From the NCBI RefSeq assembly GCF_009914755.1, contig NC_060947.1: 64,000 bases of DNA; one strand, 5' to 3'. Shown in pieces: positions 1-12,130 of this stretch (positions within the stretch are counted from its first letter, which is position 1; each line of letters begins with the position of its first letter). The stretch is from the human T2T-CHM13v2.0 reference genome, Homo sapiens. The position numbers and the translations under genes were made by a program. The notes below the pieces were generated by a model. The model had not been told where the DNA came from. It ran no database searches and saw nothing but the letters and a program-made list of their open reading frames with translations.

Positions 1-20
1 ACACACACACACATATATAT

Positions 21-545
21 GTTCTAGAACCCCATCATTTTATTCCTTGGCTTATATCCAAAAGAAATGCATATAATTATTCACTAAAGGATATACATGA
101 AAATGTTTACAGTAATATTACTCACAATACTTTAAAAACTAACCAAATAACCACCAATAATAGGATGTATAAATAAAATATAGTATTTTCATACGATGTA
201 ACATACATGGGAATTAATGAACTGCAACTACACACAATAATAAGACCTACTGTCACAAAAAAATGTTGCATTTAAGAAGCCAAACATGAAAGTGTACATA
301 CTAAATAATTTAACTTATATGAAGTTCAAAAGAAGGTAAAACTAATCTAAGGTCTTAGAAGTTGGGGCAGCATTTACCCTTGGCAGGCTAGTAGTGACTG
401 GAAGGGAAAGATAAATCCTATTGAGGTGCTGGTAATATTCTGTTGTTTACCTAGGTGCTGTTCAAATGGGTGTGTTTGGTTTGTGAAAATTTATAAAGCT
501 GTAATCTTTTGATTAGTACACTTGCTTTGTGTGCTATATACTTCA
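21..545 (+). mobile_element. Ancient L1 (L1ME/L1MC-type) 3' end fragment
   Basis: Degenerate L1M 3'-UTR motifs (tccttggcttatatccaaaagaaatg, atatgaagttcaaaagaaggtaaaactaatcta, ttgtgaaaatttataaagctgta); boundaries approximate. Confidence 0.65.
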
Positions 546-805
546 GTATTATGTGGATATGAATAGATTTTTCTAACAAGAGTTTCCACAGATTTCATCT
601 GTTTTGCAAAGGATTTTCTGCCTCAAAAATAATTGTAACCATTGAACTGGTGAAGAAAGAACAGACCTTGGATGGCATTAGGTTTGTGGGTTGATCACAA
701 AACTGTTTTTTTTCTGTCTTTTTCTGAGTTGAAAGAGTCTAAGTCCTATCCTATTTAAAGTGTTGGTGATCTTGTGATATTCCCCAATCCTAGCTATATT
801 TCTGA

Positions 806-900
806 GAAAGCTGTTCAGTGTTTACCTGAAACTGAGGTGTTTCCTACGACTAGGGACTTTCACTGGAAAACTGGGAAAGTCCTGGGAAAACTAGAATGGA
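806..900 (-). mobile_element. hAT-Blackjack MITE fragment (MER81/MER94-like)
   Basis: gggactttcactggaaaactgggaaagtcctgggaaaactagaatgg resembles the MER81/MER94 internal motif. Confidence 0.4.
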
Positions 901-1221
901 AGTGGAAGAGACGGTTGTCTTGCTCTTTTTAGAAAACAGCAAATCTCCGAAGTCTCATGTCATTGGAGTTATTGGACTCTGGGAATCACCTGACTCCCGT
1001 AGAAGCACCTAAATGGGTTTTGCAGAAAAACTGGGTGGAATTTCCAGCAGTTCCAGTATTTGAAGAAAACTAGTGAGGGTCAGGACAGCATTTAAAAATT
1101 CCCAGATGTTCTGAGTATGAGGGCCGCCACATCACCTGGCCTTTAATCAGTCCTCTGTATGATGCCTCCTTTCATCCTCCAAGTTAAGTACAGGGACTTG
1201 GTTTCCTGTGTCACTTCAGCC

Positions 1222-1261
1222 GGCTGCAATTTTAGCAGTGGCTGCAATTTTAGCAGTGGCT
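1222..1261. repeat. 18-bp tandem duplication (ggctgcaattttagcagt)x2
   Basis: Perfect copies at 1222-1239 and 1240-1257, plus ggct. Confidence 0.9.
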
Positions 1262-1775
1262 TCAGGATGGACAAGTGATTGAATGAATGTCTTTCAGAGT
1301 CCTTGCTGGTAGATCAGATTGAGCCAAGGCAAACTTGTCACCATACAATGAGTTTCCTAATGCCCAGAGAAAAGGCATAAATGGCCCATTAGCCCTTGAG
1401 AGTTTTCAATGTAATGTAGTTTCTCTTTCTAGGATTGTGGCTTTTGATGTTTTCCTCTTATATTAGGTGAAAACCACTTAAAACATATTCAATATAAGAC
1501 AATCAAAACCTGTCATTAAAAAAATTCTCTAAACATCGCAGAAAACTATAATGCAGGCGAATGGACATTATGTTTTACTTTTTAACCTGGTTCTAAATCC
1601 CTTCAAATAGAAGACATCTATTTTGTTAGTCGATATAGGGTTCTACTCTACCATCTAGAAAAGCAGCCATGATTAGTATGAGAGCTAGAAAGAAGGTGGA
1701 GTGGAAGGGGGAAAGAGAACTCTATCAATTACGTTGATTGAGCACGGGGTATATTTCTGAAATTTCTGACCCACC

Positions 1776-1920
1776 ATATATATATGTCTGTGTGAGTGTG
1801 TGTATATATATATACGCACTATATATGTGTATGTATGTACACATACATATATACATATTGCATATATATCCTTATATACTTATATAAGGATATATATGAA
1901 AATATTACATATATATATAT
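1776..1920. repeat. (TA)n/(TG)n low-complexity microsatellite containing an 18-bp inverted repeat
   Basis: Directly visible TA/TG/CA arrays. Confidence 0.85.
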
Positions 1921-2065
1921 CCTTATTTAATCCTCCCAACAACCTTTGAGTGTATTATTATCTGTTTTATAGATAAGAATCTAAGGTTGAGAGAAATTAA
2001 GTAATTTGCCTTATGTATGCACAGAAAGCATAAAAAGGATTTGAACCCAGTTCTTCTTGATGCCT
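1921..2065 (-). mobile_element. MIR SINE
   Basis: atttaatcctcccaacaacc...attatctgttttatagataagaatctaaggttgagagaaattaagtaatttgcc MIR core. Confidence 0.75.
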
Positions 2066-2864
2066 AATGATACCTCAGGGACTTTATGACCACTCTGGGC
2101 CTGGGAAATAAAACAGTCCATTTTGCAAAGGAGTACTTGAGCTGGTGGTTTTCAGGATAGTTTTGTTTCAGATAATCCAAGAGAATTGTGGAAAAAAATT
2201 GTTCTAAGACAGAAGCTTGTGAGCTGACATTTCTAGCTAAGGAGAGTTCATTGTGTTTGGGGTGAAAGGGAGATGAAATATTTTAGCATGGGCGAAATGC
2301 AAAGTCTACATGGGGTAATGACAAGAAAAAAAGAATGCATAGATTGTAGGTGAGGGGAAGGAACTTGAATCCTAGGTAAGTGTGTTGGCTCAGATGAGCC
2401 CAGAATTCCATATTGACATAGAGGGACTGTTTCCCAAACAAAGCCATTTTTATATGCTGTTCATCAGACTATACACCAAGCTAATGGTCTTACCTTGTAT
2501 CTTGAGTTCTTCTAGAATTGACAGTCATCTCTAAGAAAGATTAGCTGAATTAGTACTGAGTAAATCCGCACATATGTGGGTTGATCTCAGATATGGTAAC
2601 TCAGATTGTTTTTTAATACCATAATACGTTTTTCTCCATTTTCAATGCATTTATCACCACTTTCTGTCCTTGAGATAATTATATAAACACAATTAACTAT
2701 AAGGCAAGTGGAAAGACTGTTATTACTGTAGTTGTCTTTAAATCTTGGAAATCAGTGATTTAGCTGACCCTGCTTTCCAACATTATCTTAATGCTAGCAC
2801 TAAATTATTGTAAATCCAACATGTTTTCCAAGTGCTTTTATTCTGAAAGGTTCAAACTGTTTTC

Positions 2865-3030
2865 TAGATTCTTCATTAATCCTCACAATATGTGCAGGAG
2901 GTACTTGCTGTCAAACGTCAGGCCCATTTTACAGATGGAGGATTTAAGCAGTTTAATAAAAGACATGTCAGTCACATCCTCAAAGGAGTAAGGATCCAGC
3001 TCAACCGTGAACCTAGACCTGCTGGTTCCC
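2865..3030 (-). mobile_element. MIR SINE
   Basis: ttaatcctcacaat...cccattttacagatggagga MIR core. Confidence 0.6.
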
Positions 3031-4269
3031 CAGCTGTTGCTGTCTTTATTAAGGAATGTGGCTTCTCTTGGTTTCACTCTGGTGCTGGCCTTCAGCTGGT
3101 TACTAGGCAACTTGAGTGATCACAGCCTAGGTGGTTCAAAATACCAGAGCATCAAAGTCCTAGAAAAATGAAGCAAAATCTTTTCATTGTACACATGTTA
3201 AATTTAGTCTAATACCAAACCATTGTACCTGAGATTGGCCAGGAAAAAAACAAAAAAGCTTTGAAGGGCTACCAAACACCATGCGTCTGATATTTGGGTT
3301 AATTTTAGGCTGATAATTATTACAAGTGTCTTAGAACACAGAAGAGGAAAAATAAAGTATAGGCTGCTTGCTCTACAGAGCTTAGAGCCCAAGGCACTCA
3401 AATAAATAGTTGTATCACATGGAAAGATGATGTAAAGTGGTTGATGAGGGGTCAAGATAGAGAAGAGAAATCGTCTGATAACCAGGGCAACTTGATGTTA
3501 GCTTCTGTAAGCTTTCATGATGATTTCAAAACGAGAAAGCAAAAGTGAAAGTAGAGGGAACAAATTTCCCCAGCTACTTATTTCTAAAGCTCAGAAAGGA
3601 ATTTATCATAAGAGTAACAGGAAGAAAACAGCTCGGTGCAGTCTTTTATAATTCTCAGTGTGAGGATCCATGTGGGCTTGGTTATATGAAGTGGGTTTTC
3701 TCCTTGAAGACAGAGAAGGGTACAAAATGTGGTGGTCCTGGGCTTTGCAAACAATAGCTGAGTCACAAACCACAGCACAGTCCTTGGAGACATAGTGAGA
3801 GAGTGGCAGGCTGAGCCTCCACTTCCCATCCAGACACATGACATGTTGCTGGGAGCATTTTCACTTCGTTCTGTTTCATAAGGGGACATTTGAACCAGAT
3901 TTTAAAAGGCAAAAGCTCAATTTTTCTTAGTTTTAAAAAATGTTGCCATTTATTTGAAAACCTGTGGGACAATTGGCCTCTAAGATACACTTTGCCCCAC
4001 CCCCTCCCATCTATCTCACAGCTAGGCAGACCAACTCAAAATGTGTCCCTTAAAAATCCTGTTTCCATGTGGCTCTGCTTAAGGAGGTACTCTAACCCAG
4101 AAATATCATCCTGGAATAGAACAGACAGCAAGATGGATTATGCATCACAAGTAAAGTACCTGCCATCACAATTACAACTCTAATATATAGTGAACACTGG
4201 CCAATAGCTTATGCTCTTTAAAGGAAGAGATGTTATTTTCATTTCTTCAGAGTTCTTGAGAATTCTTTA

Positions 4270-4663
4270 AAAAGTAAAGAAGTTATGTAAATATTGGAAG
4301 ATAGTCATATCACACTGATTTGCAAATAATTCCATGGTTACCTAAAAAAACAAAAAAAAAACCAACAGGCTCAATTAAAAGAAAATTATGTGACTAGAAG
4401 TAAAATAATTTGGTAAGGTGCTGGTTACCAGGAAAAATATTTTAAAAACCAACTGATTTACTCATAGAAACCAGATAGAAATAGAAATGGAAAACACAAC
4501 CATACACCTCATTAACAATAAAATAAAAACTACAAATTACATAGAAACAATTTAACAAGGAAAATGTAACATTTATTTAAAAGAGCTATAAATTTTATTG
4601 AAGGACATAAAATGAGATCTGAATAAATGTATTGACAAACTATACCCCTTGATAGAAAGTATT
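4270..4663 (+). mobile_element. Ancient L1 ORF2 fragment, left half; resumes at about 7123-7335
   Basis: Degenerate L1 ORF2 (atttgcaaataattccatggttacct, atttggtaaggtgctggttacca, ttattgaaggacataaaatgagatctgaataaatg); split by the younger L1MA. Confidence 0.55.
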
Positions 4664-7122
4664 TTCCCCCCTAGGTCATTGACATTTTTATTTTTAAATT
4701 TTTTTATATATAATATACATATTTTGAGGGCACATGAGGTAATTTAATATATTTGTATAATTTGTACAGATCAAATCAGTGCAATTGGGATATCTGTCAC
4801 CTTAAATACTTTTCTTTATGATAGAAAAAATTGAATTATTCTCTTCTAGTTATTTTTGAAACATATAATAGATTATTATAAACTATAGCCGCCCTACTGA
4901 TCCATCAAACACTAGGTCTAATTTATTACAACAAACTGTATCTTTATACTCATTAATCAGCCTCTCTTCATTTCCCCCCACCCTGTACCCTTCCCTGCCT
5001 CTGATAACCATCAATTTCCTGTCTATCTTCATGAGATTCTCATTTTAAGCTCCCACGTGGGAAGGAGAATATGTGATATTTGTCTTTCTGAGCTTGGTTT
5101 ATTTCACTTAACATAATGACCTCCAGTTCCAACTATGTTGCTGCAAATCACAGGATTTCATGCTTTTATGGCTGAATAATATTTCATTGTGAATACATAC
5201 TACATTTTCTGTATCCATTCATCCATTAATAGGTACTTAGATAAATTCCATATCTTGGCTATTATGAATAATGCTGCAATAAACATAGGAGTGCAAATAT
5301 CTCTTTGATACATTGATTTCCTTTCTTTTTGGGTATATACCCAGCAGTGGAATTGCTGAATTATATAGCAGTTCTATTTTTAGGTTTTTGAACTTCCATA
5401 CAGTTTTCCATAGCTGCTGTACTAATTTGCATTTTCAACAACAGTGTACAAGTGTTTCCCTTTGTCCACATTCTCACCAGCATCTGTTATTTCCTGTCTT
5501 TTAACAGAAGCCATTTTAACTGCAGTGAGATGACATTTCATTGTGGTTTTGATTTGTAGTTCCCTGATTAATGATGTTGAGCATTTTTTTCATATACCCA
5601 TTGGCCATTTGTATGTCTTCTTTTAAGAAATACCTATTCATGGTATTTCTTAAAATACCTTGGAATCAACCTAGGTATCCATCGATGGTGGATTGGATAA
5701 AGAAAATGTGGTACATATACACCATGGGATACTACACACCCATAAAATAATGAAATAATGTCCTTTGCAGCAACATGGATGCAGCTGGAGGCCACTATCC
5801 TAAGCAAATTAATATGGAAACAGAAAACCAAATTATCGCATGTTCTCAATTTTAAGTGAGAGTTAATCTTGGGTACATAAAGATGGGAACTATAGACACT
5901 GGGACTCCAAAAGGCAGGAGGGAGGGAGAGAAGCAAGGGCTGAAAAACCTCCTTTTGGGTACTATGTTCATTATCTGTGTGACGGGATCAATAGAAACCC
6001 AACCTCAGCATCATGCACTGTAATCTTGTATGATAACAAAACTACACCAATACCCCCAAATCTAAAGTAAAAATGGATTTTTTTTAAAAAAAATTTATTC
6101 AGGTCTTTTGCCCATTTTTAATTGGATTATTTGTGGATTTTTTCTTCTATTGATAGTTTGAGCTCCTTAAAGATTCCAGTTATTAATCCCTTGTCAGATA
6201 GTTTGCAAATATTTTCTTCCACTTTGTGTGTTGTCTATTCACTTTGCTGTGCAGAAGCTTTAGTTTGATGTAATCCCATTTGTCTATTTTTGCTTCAGTT
6301 GCTTGTGCTTTTGCAGTCTTACACAAAATATTTTTATCCAGACTACCATCCAAAGCCCTAGAAATTCTGCTCTGTATTTTGGCCAAAGGAGACATCAAAT
6401 CTGAGTGGCTGTTCAGCATCACCATGCTGTCTCTCTTTTTTTCTCAGCTAAGTCACTGTCTCTTTTTCAGCACTAGATGGCTGCCAGGTTTGCTGAGGCC
6501 CAGGTTTGCCTTGGTTCTAATACACAATTAGAGTGCCATCCAACCCAAATGGGAAAGTTCCAAAGGGGATATCCCAGTAGTATGGAAAGTCTTGTTAGAG
6601 GTTCATGCCCAGGGGACCTGAAACAAACCTGAAACAAACAAAACCCAGACTATAGCATGGTGATGCTAAACAGCCACTTTGGATGGTAGTCCTACCTCAC
6701 CCCTTTGTCTCTGGCTATGCTCAGGGATATTTCTCCTTTCAGGTACTCTTGATGCTTCCTGTGGGTTGAGGTAGGGACAGGTCTCCTGACAGGGAATCCA
6801 AGATGGTGGGGAAGCTAGTTGTCCACCTTTGTCTTACTTTCACCAGTGTGGAAACCATGGGTCAGGGAAAAGTTTTCTGTGCATTTAGTGATGGACAGAT
6901 TGCAGGGAAGGGTGTCACAGATGTACAAATCCAATTCTCTTCCCATCTGCTCAGAGTTTTTTCACTTTCCTGTGGCCCCAGAAATGGTCTCATCCTCATA
7001 TTTTAATTATTAGACATTGTTGGTGATCATCTTGACACTGTATATGTTTTTGATTCTCTGTAGTGATGGGAGGAATGAAGCCAGCTTATATCTACACCAC
7101 CATTTTGGAACTGGAAGTCCTC
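4664..7122 (-). mobile_element. Internally deleted, rearranged L1MA-type element: 3' UTR and ORF2 end at about 4685-6345, 5' UTR at about 6430-7120
   Basis: L1MA4/5-like 3' UTR in antisense. On the minus strand the 5' end reads ggacttccagttccaaaatggtgg (YY1-like L1 start). Flanked by agaaagtatt (4654-4663) and agaaagtctt (7123-7132), a putative TSD. Confidence 0.7.
5660..6092 (+). mobile_element. L1PA15/16-type 3' end nested in the L1MA
   Basis: ggataaagaaaatgtggtacatatacaccatgg...gcaagggctgaaaaacc...gggtactatgttcattatctgtgtgacgggatca, then an A-tail; host L1MA resumes at tattcaggtcttttgccc. Confidence 0.8.
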
Positions 7123-7972
7123 AGAAAGTCTTAATATAATAAAAATGTGATTTCTTTTCAAATAAATACACTTAATATCATTTCAATCAGAAACCCAACA
7201 AGGTTTCTTTATAAAATTGATAAAATGATTTTTCATAAGAAAACAAAGTATGCAAAAATTGCCAAGAATGTTTTCGAAAAAGTAGTAAAAAAAAAAAAAA
7301 AAGATTTATCCTACCTGCTACTAAAATTAAAGACTGCTGTATTCCAGAATCTCCCTCTCAGCATTTGTTTCTGCGGAACCCACCATGACACAGTAATGAT
7401 CTATCACTCAACCATATTTTGATGGGAATGTCAAAATTTAATTTCAACACTGTTTTTTATTCAGGTGAAGGAACATGAAAGGAAAGTGTATTTAAACTTT
7501 TTAAACCTACATATTGTGGCCAGTTGGGTCCCAGGTGGGCTACGCATCCATAAAATAGTCCTCATGATCCATCTCCTATTGTCTTATGCCTTTTGTGCTT
7601 CGCTTTTTAAACTTTTGCTTTTGTGACCTGGTCCTCCTCCTTGACTGGATCGTTTGGCTTATGTTCCATCCAGTACAACCCCTCCCTGCTTTGCTTGTAC
7701 TTCTGTGATTTGGCACCCCTCCTTGTGCTTTGTTCTGGCTTGGCCACATTTATGCTCCACTTGGCTTTGGCTCAAGATCCAGCAACTTTTTTTCACTTGC
7801 TCTATCCTACGAGCCGTTCCAGAATTTCAAATTTATTCACAGCCTCATTCACAGCATACTGCTCTCCCTCTGAAGAAAAATATCTCAAGTGGATTATAGC
7901 AAGTGGCTATACTTAAGAAATTTGGAGGCTCTGGGCATGTTTTATTTATCAGCCAGGAATCGTAATTATAGT

Positions 7973-8360
7973 TGTATTAGTTTGCTCAAGCTGCCATAGC
8001 AAAGTACCACAGTCTAGGTGGCTTAAGCAATAGAAATGTTTTTTTTTCTGAAAGTTCTGGAAGCTAGAAGTCTGAGATCAAGGTGTAGTTGGGGTTGGTT
8101 TCTCCTGAGGTCTCTCCTCTTGGATTGCAGATGACCGTCTTCCTCCTATGTCTTTATACATCTTCCATCTGCATGTGTCAGTGTCCTAATCTTTTCTTAT
8201 AAGGATACCTGTCATATTGAACTAAGACCCACTCCAATAACCTCATTTAGCCTTAAGTACTTTTTAAAAACCCTATCTCCAAATATAGTCACATTCTGAG
8301 GTACTGGGGTTAGAATGTCAACATATGAATTTGTGAGAACCCACAGTTGAGCCCACAACA
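7973..8360 (-). mobile_element. MLT1B/C MaLR solo LTR
   Basis: tgtattagtttgctcaagctgccatagcaaagtaccaca...cacattctgaggtactggggttag...cccacaaca. Confidence 0.85.
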
Positions 8361-8374
8361 GAAGTTTGGCTGCC

Positions 8375-8565
8375 TGGATCAAACATATATTCACTACTTT
8401 CTAACTAAGGGAATCTGAGCAAGTTCCTTCATTTCTTTTGGCCTCAGTTACCTTCTCCATTAAATGAAGTATTTGCCTCACAGAACTGTTGTGAAGACTA
8501 AATAAAAATGGATGTCCAAAGTGCCTGACTCATAGTTAGCACTCCATAAAGGTTAACTATTATTA
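8375..8565 (+). mobile_element. MIR SINE
   Basis: gagcaagttccttcatttcttttggcctcagtt...gtgcctgactcatagttagcactccataaa. Confidence 0.7.
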
Positions 8566-8708
8566 GCATCTTTGACATTCCAGCACCAATACAGAATCCA
8601 ATACAAATACACATAATACATATTGATATATGTAAAAATATGCAAATGTGAGATTTTTATTCAGTTGCTCATTTGCTTAACAGGTATTTATTGAGTATTT
8701 ACTGTATA

Positions 8709-9373
8709 CAGTCAATTCTTATGATTTGTGTTGGTTATGTTCTCTAAAGTCACTGTGAACACTGAATTATTTAATACCGAACCATTGCTCCTAGTAGAAA
8801 CACAGGATTAGGTTCCTATAAGCCTCTAGCCACAATATTTTCAATAACTGATCAATATATAACTTTGTTTTATGTGTATTTCTGTTTCAAAACACTTTAT
8901 CTAATATATAGTTAATTCATTAACATTGAACTCATGGCCAACAGCACATCACTCATACCTGAACAAAGCTTGTCTAACATATGTGTTTTCTCTGTAACGC
9001 ATATCATGGCGTTTTTGTACTTAGCAACATTAGACAGCACTCCAGCACTACGCTACATTTTAAACAGTGAAATTACCAAGAAGAAGCACAAAAATGCAAA
9101 AAAAAAAAAAAAAACCATGGCAGTAAATAGACTACAAAAGGACACTTGTTTAGAGTCTGAGAGCAGAAATAAGAAGGCAGAGTGTCACCTTGTTCAACCT
9201 CAGCTGGGAGCATGCATGCATATTGAGAGACTAAAATTTTTCATTGCTTAGCACATATCCATTAATGACCATGAAACTGCTGCTACTATTGATTTTGGGG
9301 GTTGCAAATAACTTTTGGCAAGTAAGTTAGTTCACAAATACAGAATCCTAGAGTAAGGAGAATCCTAGAGTAA
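8709..9373 (+). mobile_element. MER82 (TcMar-Tigger non-autonomous element) inserted in an antisense L2 tail
   Basis: TA then cagtcaattctt...aaagtcactgtgaacactgaatta...ccattgctcctag; the right end carries a duplicated agaatcctagagtaa (9342-9356, 9359-9373). Confidence 0.8.
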
Positions 9374-9939
9374 TGTCAATCACTGTATTAGGTTCTAGGG
9401 CACACTACAGAACAAGGCAGTTGCTTTAGTGTTGCTTACTGTCTAGCAGAGGACAGAGCAGTAGGGTGGCAAAAGAGGGACTTAATGAGTGACCTGCTGA
9501 TTTAAGGAGTTTACAGAAATGTTCTGATTCTTTGAATCCTCTGGAGAGGAAGAGGATTCCAAGTATCTGCCTCCTGAAGGAGCTCTGCTGTCACTCCACT
9601 TTCCGACGATTAGTTTCTATTTCCAGAGGGTACCACAATTGGGGAAGACCCTAGTGAAGTTCAAACTGAGTTATGTAGTATGTCAGCATGTTTTTGTGTG
9701 TCCTCTGTCTCCTGGGAAATGCTTGCACTTGACTTGATATGGAAATAGCATTATCTCTTTTACTCAAATAGTCCCTGGCTGCAATACTTGCCCTCTTCAG
9801 CATGTGTCGCTAACCTTTTGGTGCTCTCTTCAATGCCAACAGCCAGCATTCTTCAAGGTGAGGGCATGAGGGCAGTGAGCAGATCTCTGTTGGGGACTCA
9901 TATGGACTTGTTCTACTCCGCACTCTGCCACTGAACTTT

Positions 9940-10130
9940 AATACAAGGATTCTGAATTTCCTCTGCGCATGAGAACCTCCAGGAGGGTTTTCAAAAACCA
10001 ATAATGCCAAGCTCTATCCCTGACCAATCAGATCAGCTCTGAGGGTGGGGCCCAGGCATCTTAAATTTAAATTATTTTTTTAAAATTCCCAGATGAATGT
10101 CATGTGTATCCAGAGTGGAGAACCACCACT
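9940..10130. mobile_element. MER5-family hAT-Charlie MITE
   Basis: atcagctctgagggtggggcccaggcatc...cccagatgaatgtcatgtgtatccagagtggagaaccac. Confidence 0.7.
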
Positions 10131-11536
10131 TTGATTTATTTGTGTTTCAATTTACTCATATATAGAAAAAGATGTTGGCATCTGATGAGTCCCAAGAAAA
10201 TATGCTGTAAGCTACAATCCTAAATTCCATTTCAAAACTACCGGGACACTTCCTCCTCCAGTCTTTTTTTCTACTAATATAGCTACTATAAGAAATATGC
10301 TAATTAATAGATTTTCTTCCCCACAGTATGTTTACGACATCATTGATGTCTGTCTCCCTATTCACAAGTTTGGAAGAAAATAAAGTGATGTTTTTCCTTC
10401 CAAAGAAACAAAAACAAAAGAGGCAAAAATATAACTCAGTGTATACTGAATGGGAACAAAAACACTATGATCTTTCACATGATAGCTGAACTTAAATGCT
10501 CTGTGACATGAATTTCAATGCCATTTTCTGTCTCTAATCACATCCCTTGAGCACTGAGATCTGAGTGCCATCACTGTGGTTAGAAAGAGCAAAAGAGACA
10601 CAGAGTTGAGCCAAACAGGTTTTTTTTTGTTTTTGTTTTTGTTTTTGAAAAAGAACCTGTCTGGGATTCTGAAAAATAGTTCAGATCAAAATCTACAAAG
10701 TAAACCTAGAATAAATTTGAGTGGGCAGATGAGCAGAGCAAAGTCCACAAGGCTCTCCCCACAGGCCAAATGATGAGTGAAGTAACGGACACTTTGGCAG
10801 AGTTCTCATCAAATGAGACACTAAAATCCCATGCTTGAGTTACTTAATAAAACCCTCTTTGAATTATATACAGCAAGTCTTCCTAAGGTAAAACAAAATT
10901 GTGAGAATAATTTAGATACTCTAATCAGCAGTGATCCAAAGAGATGCTAACTATTAATGAATGCAGTTTAAAAAATTATCTGGTACTAATCTGTTAGGTT
11001 GGGACACTCAGTTCATGAACCACATGGGGCATAAAATATATTGTTGATGTCCAGCAGCCAAGATATGATGTTTTTCAAGCCTGTTGGCAGTAAAGGGAAA
11101 AGATAATGGAAAGAAGCTCTGAGAAAAGTCTGAGTATGGGTCTAGGAACTTCTAGAATGTACCAGAAGTTGGGCAGTATTGCTTGATTAGTAAGGTGTCA
11201 GCAGTTACTTCAATTCACATGAATGGCAAATGACACCCTGACAGTGACATATTCAAAGACTACACACAATCAGATCCCAGGGAGAAAAAATAAAGACTGG
11301 GTAGAGTGTGTTGTCCATGACACAGAGAAGTAAGCAGGTAGAATGTGTCTACACAGGCATGAATCAGAAGTGAGGTCAGGAAACAGAAATTAGGAAGCCA
11401 AACTCAAATATTGAGTTCCAAAGGCTGAAGGATTCTATGAGTCAGAAATCTAAAGTGAGACAAACTTACCTAGAATTTCCGAAACAAATACAGAGCTGTT
11501 AGTAAGAAAAGATCTGGGAACTGGAGGCTTCCTGAT

Positions 11537-11650
11537 AGGTAGACCAACCCTTCTGGTTTTTGTGGCACTTTCTTGGCTTTAGCACTCAAAGTCCTGTACC
11601 CAAAGACAGCCTCTCAGTCCTGGGAAAACAGAAACAGTTGATTATTCTGT
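11537..11650 (+). mobile_element. MER81 hAT-Blackjack MITE
   Basis: taggtagaccaacc...tttagcactcaaagtcc...ctcagtcctgggaaaacagaaacagttgattattct, about 114 bp with degenerate TIRs. Confidence 0.65.
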
Positions 11651-11889
11651 TGTTATATAATCCTGAGCCAAGACTGAACATTTTCTGAGTAAGAGGAGGC
11701 CTATTCTAAGGAAGACTATAAAGAGATACAGACAATTTGAGGGGAATGTCAGAGAATAAATAGGGAATCAAGAATGTACCTTATAGCTAACACATCTGGC
11801 CATGGGTTAGACATTCTTCTGAATGTCCTTTTATTTCTTGGGATTTCAGTTTCCATTTCCTTAGCTGCAAAATGAATACTTGGGATTAG

Positions 11890-12130
11890 GGCAATGACTT
11901 TAAATCTTTTTATTGTTCTCCTTTGAAAGCAGCAGAACATTTTTTTCAAATAAAACCTTACCCAGAAATGAATATAAAAACCAGATAAAGCAGAGTTGCT
12001 GGGTTGAAGCCAGGCTGGGAGACCTATAACCCTGACCACTTGGCTGTACACCCAATTCTGCCCCCAGACAGCCCCTGAGGCATCTGTGCTGGACCTATAT
12101 GGCTCTGAAAAACACAGTTTTAAAACCATC
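11890..12130. mobile_element. hAT-Charlie MITE (MER112-like) inside a MIR remnant
   Basis: gcagcagaacatttttttcaaataaaacc...agataaagcagagttgctgggttgaagc...aacacagttttaaaacca. Confidence 0.5.
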
